Source: a virus. From it: DNA of 64,000 bases. The notes beneath the pieces were generated by a model, which made no database searches, had not been told where the DNA came from, and was given only the letters and a program-made list of their open reading frames with translations. The translations under genes were made by a program, and so were the position numbers. Numbering within the stretch: position 1 is the stretch's first letter; each line of letters starts with the position of its first letter. The stretch covers positions 91,160 to 155,159 of the IMG/VR virus record IMGVR_UViG_3300032242_000550. One strand, given 5' to 3'. Below are positions 47,183 to 56,009 of this stretch, piece after piece.

Positions 47183-47673
47183 AACAGGCTTATTTTGTAC
47201 CAAACTTCCCTATAAATCGTATCACACAACCAGGTGAAGATGGTTGGTGTCATATGCCAAATCACCCAAGAATGCGTTATGATTATTTGGGCGCAATACT
47301 GGAACATATGGATAATAGTAAACGCATTGATCCAATACAAATCACCATACATGATGAAAATCAAATACATGCAGGACCAAGTGGTGTATCCAGATTGTTT
47401 GCATTAACATACAAAAGGAACTATACTCATATACCATGTATTGTTAATAGTAATATACAATATGAATGGTTTGGTGAAGATGTAGTTAGTATTGTATCAA
47501 TACCACAACTATTAAGTTATTTTGATCCTAATTATCTACCTAAAACTTATAGTTTAGATAACGGTGCATACTGGCATAATGGTACTTGGAGCTATGAAGA
47601 ATTAGAACGTACTATGAATGTATCAATGGAAACAAAACTACGCATGAAACAAATGATGACAGAAACAAACTAA
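47179..47673 (+). CDS. Hypothetical protein, possible ParB/sulfiredoxin-like N-terminal domain
   Basis: RIDPIQI...SGVSRLFAL...HIPCIV resembles the ParB/Srx G-x-x-R motif spacing. Confidence 0.4.
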   Translation: MKQAYFVPNFPINRITQPGEDGWCHMPNHPRMRYDYLGAILEHMDNSKRIDPIQITIHDENQIHAGPSGVSRLFALTYKRNYTHIPCIVNSNIQYEWFGEDVVSIVSIPQLLSYFDPNYLPKTYSLDNGAYWHNGTWSYEELERTMNVSMETKLRMKQMMTETN

Positions 47674-47674
47674 A

Positions 47675-48520
47675 ATGAAACAAGAATTCTTTTTTTATAG
47701 TGGATTACCAAGAGCTGGCGGAACAATGTTAGCTTCAGTAATGAACCAACATACAGATTTATATGTTAGTCCATTAAGCCCTACAGTAGAATTATTATAT
47801 TATACAGAAAGATATTTTGATGAAAGTAGTGAGGCATATAGTGCAAATCCACAACCAGTGGCTAAACAAAGTGTACTAGAATCATTACCAAGAGAATATT
47901 ATAAAAATATACCTAAAAAGTATATTATGGATAACAATCGTGCATGGCCTAATAATACTGATAGAATTATTAAATTTATCACTAACAAACCAAAGATTGT
48001 ATGTATAGTTAGAGATGTACCATCTATATTAGCTAGTTTTATTGATTTAGTGAATCGTAGTAATAATCCAGGAAATAACTTTATTGACCGTTGGTTATTA
48101 GATAATCGTATGGAATTGAATACTAGAAATAGATGTTATTATTTGATGCAGCCAATTGGTATTGTAAATCAAAGTTTATGGAGTATGTATCAGGGTTACA
48201 GTAATCCAAGTGTAAAAGCTTGTATGCATATGGTAGAGTATGATGATTTGATTAGTAATCCTGAAGAAACAATGAGTGATATTGTTGATTTCTTAGATAT
48301 ACCAAAATATAAGTTTATGTTTAACGATATTAAGAATGTAACACCCGTAGATGATGTAACATATAATTTAGAAGGTATGCATAGTGTAAGACCTAAGTTA
48401 GCCAGTAGAAATTTAGATCCAGTAGAAATATTAGGATCTGATTTAGTTAGTCAGTATTCTGGTTTAGAGTACTGGAGAGAAGTTAGTAAACCAAGTAAAA
48501 TCAAGTTGTTTAGTATATAA
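47675..48520 (+). CDS. PAPS-dependent sulfotransferase
   Basis: SGLPRAGGTML (5'-PSB loop), IVRD..SILAS (3'-PB), VEYDDLISNPEETM. Confidence 0.85.
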   Translation: MKQEFFFYSGLPRAGGTMLASVMNQHTDLYVSPLSPTVELLYYTERYFDESSEAYSANPQPVAKQSVLESLPREYYKNIPKKYIMDNNRAWPNNTDRIIKFITNKPKIVCIVRDVPSILASFIDLVNRSNNPGNNFIDRWLLDNRMELNTRNRCYYLMQPIGIVNQSLWSMYQGYSNPSVKACMHMVEYDDLISNPEETMSDIVDFLDIPKYKFMFNDIKNVTPVDDVTYNLEGMHSVRPKLASRNLDPVEILGSDLVSQYSGLEYWREVSKPSKIKLFSI

Positions 48521-48552
48521 TATTTGATAAATATACTAAAGAGAGAGATTTT

Positions 48553-49542
48553 ATGCCAGTAACAATAACAGGTGGAGTATCATTTTCAGGGGGAGGTGTC
48601 TCAATGGTAGGGGCTCCTCCTACAGTAGCCACAGCAGGATGGTATGGTGGTGGTAACGGACCAGTATCTACTATAGATCGCATAACATTTGCTACAGATA
48701 CTGCAACTGCGACTGCACGTGGACCATTAAGTTCTGCAACTTATAATTTAGGAGCAAGTGGTAATCTTACATACGGATGGTGGGCAGGTGGTGTCAATCC
48801 CGGTGTTGCTCCATTTTATTCACTTTCCACTGTACAACGAATCACATATGCTACAGATACTGCTACTGCTTCAGTAAGAGGCTCTTTAGCTGCCACTAAT
48901 AGGACTGGTGCAGGTTCCGGTAATACATCAGATGGGTGGTTCGGTGGGGGGTATAATGGACCGGGCGCCGCTGTTAATATATTATCACTTGTTAGTAGAA
49001 TAACATATGCCACAGACACTAATACTGCATCACAACGAGGTCCGTTAAGTTTAGCAAGAACAAAAATTGCTTCAGCTTCAGATAATAGTGCTTATAGCTG
49101 GTTTGCAGGTGGTAATTTACTTCCTGGTCCCCTTTCTACCGTAGATCGCATAACATATGCAACCGATACAGCAACAGCAAGTGTACGCGGTCCATTAACT
49201 GCTGCAAAATATAATTTATCTGCAATGGGTAATTCAGCATATGGTTGGTTTTGTAGTGGGTATGTATTTGGAGTGTCGGCATACAGTTCGTCTGTAATCA
49301 GAATAGATTATGCAAATGATACAACAACTCCGAGTATACGCGGTCCATTAAGTTCAGCAAGACGTTTAGTAGGCGCAGCCGGTAATGACACTGATGGTTG
49401 GGTAAGCGCCGGCGGAAGCTCACCTGGTCCCCTCTCTACCGTAGATCGCATAACATATGCAACCGATACTAATACTGCAAGTGTACGCGGACCGTTGACT
49501 TCTGCTAGATATGGATTAGCTGGCGCAGCCGGACTACAATAA
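48553..49542 (+). CDS. Six-bladed Kelch-like propeller family B, copy 1
   Basis: Six repeats GWFGGG-x(n)-STVDRITYATDTATASVRGPL; Kelch-type GG; GATAAATA at 48526-48533. Confidence 0.7.
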   Translation: MPVTITGGVSFSGGGVSMVGAPPTVATAGWYGGGNGPVSTIDRITFATDTATATARGPLSSATYNLGASGNLTYGWWAGGVNPGVAPFYSLSTVQRITYATDTATASVRGSLAATNRTGAGSGNTSDGWFGGGYNGPGAAVNILSLVSRITYATDTNTASQRGPLSLARTKIASASDNSAYSWFAGGNLLPGPLSTVDRITYATDTATASVRGPLTAAKYNLSAMGNSAYGWFCSGYVFGVSAYSSSVIRIDYANDTTTPSIRGPLSSARRLVGAAGNDTDGWVSAGGSSPGPLSTVDRITYATDTNTASVRGPLTSARYGLAGAAGLQ

Positions 49543-49549
49543 ACAACAA

Positions 49550-51370
49550 ATGATCTCCGGCGCTACCCAATCTGGGTTTCACTTTCTACAAGAACATATC
49601 AACTTCCCAAGTGATACCTCAGTAGATTATGACCCACATAAACTAATCAATAGCAATAAACAAATAAAGATACTGTGGGCACACTATGCACATGATCAAC
49701 CAATCTTCTTAAACGTAGATTGGACTAAAATAACACATATTGTATGTGTAAGCAATTGGCAAAAATCTCAGTTTATCAAATATCTCAACATACCAAAAGA
49801 TAAAATAAGTGTAATACGTAATGGTGGTGCAGACTATTTTACATATAAACAAAAAACAAACAAAACTCTTATATACGCTAGTACACCATTTCGTGGATTA
49901 AAATATCTACCCTATATCTTTAAACAGGTACTAAAACGTCATCCTGACGCTATATTAAAAGTATTCTCTGGTATGAAGTTATATGGTGCTAGTGATACAC
50001 AAGAGTTCAAAAAAATATACGAAGAATTAAAAAACACACCAAACACAATTTATAGTGAACCAATCAATCATCAAGAACTTGCAGTAGAGTTTAGCAATGC
50101 GTCATTATTGGTTTATCCAAATATCTGGGAAGAAACAAGTTGTGTTACATTGATTGAAGCGATGCGTTCAGGTTGTTATCCAATATGTAGTGATATAGGT
50201 GCATTGCCCGAAACAAGCAATGGATATGGAACTATTGTACCATTAGAAGCGAAATATCATGCAAGTGGTTGGATACCAAGTAAAAGGTTTTTAGATGATT
50301 TTGCTGATAATATTTGCCAAGCATTATCACTTACTAAATATACTCATACTAAAGAGCAGGCTGATTGGGCTTGTGAATACTATAGCTGGAACACTATTGC
50401 TAGTGAATGGCAAACCTTACTAAACAAACTATCAACAAAAGGATCACAAATGAAAAAGAAAATGGAAATATCTAATCTTGCCGCACATACAGGTGATAAG
50501 ATTGTACATGATGAAAAAGTACTATCACAAGTATTTGATGAAATATTCCGTTGGGAAGAAGCAGATAAAGAACATGCTCAAGGGCGTAGTAATTTTCAAA
50601 TTGAAAAGTTTATTGCATTAGATAACTATACAATTCCAAGTGCTTTTAATGCCATGTTAAAGAATCGTAGAATTATGGCAGAAGGTTTATTTAGTAAGAT
50701 TACCGAGATGAAAGAACATCAACGTGAGTTTGATTACAAATGGAATAAGAAAGATAAAGAACAACCAATTCAATGGCCAACTAAAGATGGTGGCACTAAG
50801 TTATGTTGGTATGATTTGGATTATTTAAATCTACAGAATTTCTTAAAAAGTAGTGAGTTAGAGATACGTGATCGTGTACAGCAGATTGCTACGTTTGATA
50901 AGATTTTAGATAGATTAGTTGAACAGAATGGTGGTCCAATCACACGTGAACAGTTTGAAAATGAGGATCATGTATATTGGGAACGTCGCCTAGCTAACCA
51001 AGCTATGGATGAAATGATTAGTCGTAATACTGGTATTGGTGTTGGTAACATTCACAGTATGCGTAGAGCCAGTGCACCTACATTGATTTCTGATGATGTA
51101 AATCGTGTTAAGAATGATTTCCCTGATTTAGGTAAAGCATTAAGCGGTGGAGAAAATAGTATAGAATTTTTATTAGAATTACAGAAAAAAGTTGTTGCTG
51201 GTATTGAAGAAGTTACCAGTAGTGATATCTTAGAATTAGCTAACGAAAAGGTTACTGAACGTATTGGTATTACCGAGCGTTTAGATAGGATGCATGAAAA
51301 ACCACGTACACAAGCTAGACCAGAAGTATCACCAAAGAGTTTATTTAATGACAAATGGAACACTAAATGA
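49550..51370 (+). CDS. GT-B (GT4-like) glycosyltransferase fused to a coiled-coil partner domain
   Basis: LIYASTPFRGL and YPNIWEETSCVTLIEAM..G...SDIGALPE (EX7E motif); residues 301-606 form a separate helical domain. Confidence 0.8.
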   Translation: MISGATQSGFHFLQEHINFPSDTSVDYDPHKLINSNKQIKILWAHYAHDQPIFLNVDWTKITHIVCVSNWQKSQFIKYLNIPKDKISVIRNGGADYFTYKQKTNKTLIYASTPFRGLKYLPYIFKQVLKRHPDAILKVFSGMKLYGASDTQEFKKIYEELKNTPNTIYSEPINHQELAVEFSNASLLVYPNIWEETSCVTLIEAMRSGCYPICSDIGALPETSNGYGTIVPLEAKYHASGWIPSKRFLDDFADNICQALSLTKYTHTKEQADWACEYYSWNTIASEWQTLLNKLSTKGSQMKKKMEISNLAAHTGDKIVHDEKVLSQVFDEIFRWEEADKEHAQGRSNFQIEKFIALDNYTIPSAFNAMLKNRRIMAEGLFSKITEMKEHQREFDYKWNKKDKEQPIQWPTKDGGTKLCWYDLDYLNLQNFLKSSELEIRDRVQQIATFDKILDRLVEQNGGPITREQFENEDHVYWERRLANQAMDEMISRNTGIGVGNIHSMRRASAPTLISDDVNRVKNDFPDLGKALSGGENSIEFLLELQKKVVAGIEEVTSSDILELANEKVTERIGITERLDRMHEKPRTQARPEVSPKSLFNDKWNTK

Positions 51371-52071
51371 AAAACAATCTATTAACTAACATATTGATTG
51401 TTCCTAATGTAATTTCTAAAGAGGGAATAGCTTTCATTATGGATCATGCTAAAAAACAGAAACATGAAGATTTATCTGTGTTTGATCCAGAACAAAGTAA
51501 TAAGACTAGTAGTACTAAGTTTAGTGTAGACAAAAGTGTTAGAGATACACAGATGCTTGATTTAGAAGGTATTGCTAATGAGATAATTATGTTATATAAA
51601 AATACTGTAACTAATGTTATCAATCCATTTTATGAGTTTGAGATTAAAGATTCTGAGTTACCACAATTGTTACATTATGGCATTGATGGGCATTATATGC
51701 CACATTGTGATGGAGAATCGTTATGGAAACCACCAGGAAATGAGCCATTGATTTGGCGTAAAAGTACTGATAGAGATTTAAGTACGGTATTTTTTTTGAA
51801 TGATGATTTTGAAGGTGGTGATTTTGTATTCCCTGAATTAAAAATTAGAGTTCGTCCAGAGCCAGGCATGTTAGTTTGTTTCCCTTCCACACATGAATAT
51901 TTACATGGTGTTGAACCAGTAACTAGTGGTACTAGATACAGTATGGTTAATTGGATGACAGTTAAAGGATTTCCTAGTATGGAAGAAGAAACTGCTATGA
52001 TTAATCATAAATACAATATAGGTAACAAGAATGTTGCTGATAAAAAGGAAAAAACATGGCTAAGTACATAA
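51367..52071 (+). CDS. 2OG-Fe(II) oxygenase, prolyl-4-hydroxylase-like
   Basis: QLLHY..GHYMPHCD (HxD), FLNDDFEGG, FPS..YLHGVEPVTSGTRYS. Confidence 0.85.
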   Translation: MKNNLLTNILIVPNVISKEGIAFIMDHAKKQKHEDLSVFDPEQSNKTSSTKFSVDKSVRDTQMLDLEGIANEIIMLYKNTVTNVINPFYEFEIKDSELPQLLHYGIDGHYMPHCDGESLWKPPGNEPLIWRKSTDRDLSTVFFLNDDFEGGDFVFPELKIRVRPEPGMLVCFPSTHEYLHGVEPVTSGTRYSMVNWMTVKGFPSMEEETAMINHKYNIGNKNVADKKEKTWLST

Positions 52072-52469
52072 AGCATTATTACGTAGATGGTGAGAATTTA
52101 GTAGAGTTCTTTACAGATAAGAACATGGGACCTAACGGTAAGACACATCCAAGAATTGACGGTTTAGATGTTAAGTTTTGGTTTGTAGACGATAATGGTA
52201 TTGATTATTGTATGAGTGTAGTTCCAGATGAGACAGAGATTGTTCCAGTAAATGGCATGGGTGAAGGCACATATGAACAGTGGTCCAATGAAATATCTGG
52301 TCAATTTGATATACAGAAAGCAAGTGTAGCTAATAATAGTGATTTATTGACTAGATTGGGTAAAACTGAAGCTGAAGTATTAGCTATGAGTTTTGACAAT
52401 ACCAGTGTTGAGTCAATGTTAGCTAGTTTTGCTCAATTTGCACCTATTCCGGAAGTTTTAGGTAGTTAA
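52056..52469 (+). CDS. Hypothetical protein, 137 aa
   Basis: AAGGA RBS; lies between the oxygenase and family B propellers. Confidence 0.6.
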   Translation: MAKYIKHYYVDGENLVEFFTDKNMGPNGKTHPRIDGLDVKFWFVDDNGIDYCMSVVPDETEIVPVNGMGEGTYEQWSNEISGQFDIQKASVANNSDLLTRLGKTEAEVLAMSFDNTSVESMLASFAQFAPIPEVLGS

Positions 52470-52534
52470 TATATAGTAAGCCATAACAGTAGATGTAAAT
52501 AGTGTGATAAATACACTATATTAAAGGGAAATAT

Positions 52535-53509
52535 ATGGCACTAGTAATAGAAGGTGGTTGGACATTTGGTGGTGGAATATCAATAACTCCACCGCCGCCG
52601 TCTACTGCAACAGCAGGATGGGTTAGCGGAGGACAAACAACTCCTAGTCCGGCAGTATCTGTTGTAGATCGTATAACATTTGCAACAGATACTGCCACAG
52701 CAAGCGTTCGCGGTCCACTAAGTTTAGTAAGGCATTCTGGGTCAGCAGCCGGCACACTCAATTACGGATGGGTAATTGCTGGTTATTCACCTAACTCAGC
52801 ACAATCATTAGTAGATAGAATAACATATGTTACGGATACTGCTACTGCAAGTGTACGTGGCCCAACAAGTATTGCTGCATATTCTATTAGTGCAACAAGC
52901 GACAGTACTACTTATGGTTGGTTTGGCGGAGGAATCTCAGCCAGTGTTCTAAGTACAATTCAACGTATTACATTTGCAACCGATACTGACACAGCAAGTA
53001 TACGTGGCCCGTTAAGTTTAGCACGATCTCAAATGGCTGCTACTGGGTCTAGTAGTTATGGTTGGTATATGGGCGGACTGGGCCCGGGATCAACCGTAGA
53101 TCGTATCACTTATGCTTCAGATACTGCTACTGCAACTGCTAGAGGTCCCCTAGCTTTAATAGTTTATGCTTCAGCGGGAGCAGTAACTGATAATACAACA
53201 TACGGATGGTATGCCGGCGGTAATGTACCTGCTCCTGATTATACCACATCTACTGTGCAACGTATTACATATGCAACAGATACTGCAACAGCTGGTGTTC
53301 GCGGACCATTAGTAGCTAACAGAGTTTCAAGTACGGCAGCTGTTAGTGATACTACATACGGTTGGTTTGGTGGAGGATATGTTAGCGGTGTACCTACTTC
53401 ATTAATTACTCGCATTACATTTGCAACAGATACAGCAACGTCAGTTAATCGTGGACTTTTGAGTGTAGGACGAATAAATTTACTCGGCGGATCATCCGGA
53501 CTACAATAA
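52535..53509 (+). CDS. Kelch-like propeller family B, copy 2
   Basis: Six repeats; N-terminus MALVIEGGWTFGGGISITPPPP; GATAAATA at 52506-52513. Confidence 0.7.
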   Translation: MALVIEGGWTFGGGISITPPPPSTATAGWVSGGQTTPSPAVSVVDRITFATDTATASVRGPLSLVRHSGSAAGTLNYGWVIAGYSPNSAQSLVDRITYVTDTATASVRGPTSIAAYSISATSDSTTYGWFGGGISASVLSTIQRITFATDTDTASIRGPLSLARSQMAATGSSSYGWYMGGLGPGSTVDRITYASDTATATARGPLALIVYASAGAVTDNTTYGWYAGGNVPAPDYTTSTVQRITYATDTATAGVRGPLVANRVSSTAAVSDTTYGWFGGGYVSGVPTSLITRITFATDTATSVNRGLLSVGRINLLGGSSGLQ

Positions 53510-53520
53510 AAGGATAAGTA

Positions 53521-54438
53521 ATGTCAATAACAATAACTGGTGGATTTTCAATGGCAGGCGGCGGCTTCACTGTTATACCTCCACCACCAGCAACACAAAC
53601 TGCGGGTTGGTGGGCAGGTGGACGAGCAAATGCAAGCGTAGTGTCTATTGTTGATCGCCTTACATATGCAACAGATACTGCAACTACAAGTGTTCGTGGT
53701 CCACTAAGTGGAAGCTACTATTATATTGCGTCAGCAGGAACGTTCACTGCTGGTTGGTTTACAACTGGTGAGGGTAGCCGTACTATAACTCGTATTACAT
53801 ATGCAACAGATACTGATATTTCAAGCAATCGTGGGTTGTTTTTTGCGGCAACAGCACGAGGGGTGTCTGCGTCATCAAATGGTACTACGTATGGATGGTT
53901 CACTCCAATTGGTAACTATTTTAACCGTCTTTCATATGCAAGCGATACTACAGAGCCAGTACTACGTGCAACTCCAGCTAGTACTTTCTTTATGGCTGCA
54001 ACAGGAACCAGTAGTTATGGTTGGTTTGGTGGAGGTTATGTATCATCAACAATCGTATCTACTGTACAACGTCTTGATTATAGCAATGATGGTTCTACCC
54101 CTACTATACGAGGACCATTAAGTGCAGCCGTAAGATATCACGCAGGAACCGGGGATGGCACTACTTACGGATATTATGTTGCTGGTAACTCAAGTTCAAC
54201 GGTACAACGTATCACCTATGCAACAGATACTAATACTGCAAGTATACGTGGTCCGTTTACTTTGTCAATTAATAAATTAGCGGGGGCCGGAAACGATACA
54301 TATAGCTGGCTTAGTGGGGCATATAATAATACTAGTATAGGACGTATAACCTATTCAACAGATACTAATACTGCAAGCACTAGAGGATCATTAAGTGCTG
54401 GTAGATATGCATTGGGAGCTACTTCAGGCATACAATAA
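53521..54438 (+). CDS. Kelch-like propeller family B, copy 3
   Basis: Six more divergent repeats; N-terminus MSITITGGFSMAGGGFTVIPPPP. Confidence 0.7.
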   Translation: MSITITGGFSMAGGGFTVIPPPPATQTAGWWAGGRANASVVSIVDRLTYATDTATTSVRGPLSGSYYYIASAGTFTAGWFTTGEGSRTITRITYATDTDISSNRGLFFAATARGVSASSNGTTYGWFTPIGNYFNRLSYASDTTEPVLRATPASTFFMAATGTSSYGWFGGGYVSSTIVSTVQRLDYSNDGSTPTIRGPLSAAVRYHAGTGDGTTYGYYVAGNSSSTVQRITYATDTNTASIRGPFTLSINKLAGAGNDTYSWLSGAYNNTSIGRITYSTDTNTASTRGSLSAGRYALGATSGIQ

Positions 54439-54462
54439 AATAAACGGGTAAGATATCTCTAC

Positions 54463-54470
54463 TATAAATA
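54463..54470 (+). promoter_or_regulatory. Late promoter TATAAATA
   Basis: Exact consensus upstream of the AGGAG RBS of ORF 54492. Confidence 0.75.
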
Positions 54471-54491
54471 TTTTTATATCAGGAGATTATC

Positions 54492-55283
54492 ATGGCACAA
54501 CGTATTCTTATTATGGGCTTACCAGGCTCAGGCAAAACATATCTGGCACAACACTTATTAGGACATCTACAAACAGCAAACAAACGTGTAGCTTGGCTTA
54601 ACGCTGACGATGTTCGTAAACAATATAACGACTGGGACTTCAGCAAAGAAGGTCGCATTCGTCAAAGTCTACGTATGCGTGAACTAGCAGATAATATGAC
54701 AGATATGGACTATGTTATCTGTGACTTTGTTGCACCATTAGTTGAAATGCGTAATAACTTTAAAGCTGATTGGACTATCTGGGTAGATACAATCAGTGAA
54801 GGTAGATATGAAGATACTAATAAAGCATTCATACCACCAGAAGTATATGATTTCCGTATCACAGAACAAAATAGTGAAAAATGGAGTGAGTTCATCTTTG
54901 CACATATACATGATAATAAACGTAGACCAACATTCAATTGGCAAAAAGAAACGGTACAATTATTAGGAAGGTGGCAACCATGGCATGATGGTCATCGTGC
55001 ATTGTTTGAACGTGCTATCGCTAAAACAGGACAAGTAGTTATTCAAATACGTGATTGTCAGGGCTGGCAAGGTAGTAACCCATTTGAAATAGAAAAAGTC
55101 AAATCATTCATTAAACGTGATTTGGATATGATATATCAAGGTCAATATGAAATACAAGTTGTACCTAATATCACAAATATAACATATGGTCGTGATGTTG
55201 GTTATAAGATTGAACAAGAAACTTTTGACGAAAAAACTCATGCTATTAGTGCTACAAGTATACGTAAAATGCTAGGTCTATAA
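54492..55283 (+). CDS. Adenylylsulfate-kinase-like P-loop domain fused to an HxGH nucleotidyltransferase domain
   Basis: GLPGSGKT, LNADDVR, DFSKEGRIRQ, FIPP (CysC-like); then LLGRWQPWHDGH and ISATSIR. Confidence 0.75.
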   Translation: MAQRILIMGLPGSGKTYLAQHLLGHLQTANKRVAWLNADDVRKQYNDWDFSKEGRIRQSLRMRELADNMTDMDYVICDFVAPLVEMRNNFKADWTIWVDTISEGRYEDTNKAFIPPEVYDFRITEQNSEKWSEFIFAHIHDNKRRPTFNWQKETVQLLGRWQPWHDGHRALFERAIAKTGQVVIQIRDCQGWQGSNPFEIEKVKSFIKRDLDMIYQGQYEIQVVPNITNITYGRDVGYKIEQETFDEKTHAISATSIRKMLGL

Positions 55284-55291
55284 GTACTACC

Positions 55292-55516
55292 ATGAACAAA
55301 TATCATATTAGATTTAATACTAAGCACAATGGCAGTGAATTAGTATGGCGTATATTTGAAAATGGTGTTGAACATCTAGCCAAAGATGTTCGTCTTATGG
55401 GAGAAACTTTTACCGAATGTACACATGAACATGGTGAAACAAAATGGAACATTGCATGTTATGGCAGATTAGTATGGCATGATAAGGTAGCAGTTATTGT
55501 TACAAACAAAGATTAA
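55292..55516 (+). CDS. Small hypothetical protein, 74 aa
   Basis: TATAAGTA at 55279-55286; coherent beta-rich ORF. Confidence 0.55.
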   Translation: MNKYHIRFNTKHNGSELVWRIFENGVEHLAKDVRLMGETFTECTHEHGETKWNIACYGRLVWHDKVAVIVTNKD

Positions 55517-55569
55517 TTGAAATAGAACTAACTTTTAATTACTTTTTAAATTAGATAAGTAGTTATCTA

Positions 55570-56007
55570 ATGAATACATTTCAATCATCTTATGACAACA
55601 GATTACAATCTTGGTATAACTTACGCAACCAAATCAAAAATCTTGATTTATCTCAAAAATGTGTAGAAATTGACAAATGGTGGCAACGTGCGCCATTAGT
55701 CAACCACTATCTACACCCAATTGATTTACCCACTTGGCCTGGTCCTTGGGAGCTTTTGGTAGAAAACACCTACTGTACGCTTGCAAGAGGCTTAGGAATG
55801 TGCTATACTCTACTATTAATGAATATTACTGATATAGAGTTTGTGTTAGCAACTGATGTTCAAGGAAATGATACATCATTAGTCTTGGTTGACAACGCAA
55901 AATATCTGCTTAATTACTGGCCAAACACCGTGATAAGTAATAATCTACAAGATTTTAAAATCGTACAAAAATTAGATATAACAATAATTAATAATAAGAT
56001 AGGGTAA
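55570..56007 (+). CDS. Hypothetical protein, possible transglutaminase/cysteine-protease-like fold
   Basis: WPGPWELL..NTYCTLARGLGMCYTL loosely resembles transglutaminase-like Cys motifs; weak. Confidence 0.4.
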   Translation: MNTFQSSYDNRLQSWYNLRNQIKNLDLSQKCVEIDKWWQRAPLVNHYLHPIDLPTWPGPWELLVENTYCTLARGLGMCYTLLLMNITDIEFVLATDVQGNDTSLVLVDNAKYLLNYWPNTVISNNLQDFKIVQKLDITIINNKIG

Positions 56008-56009
56008 AA

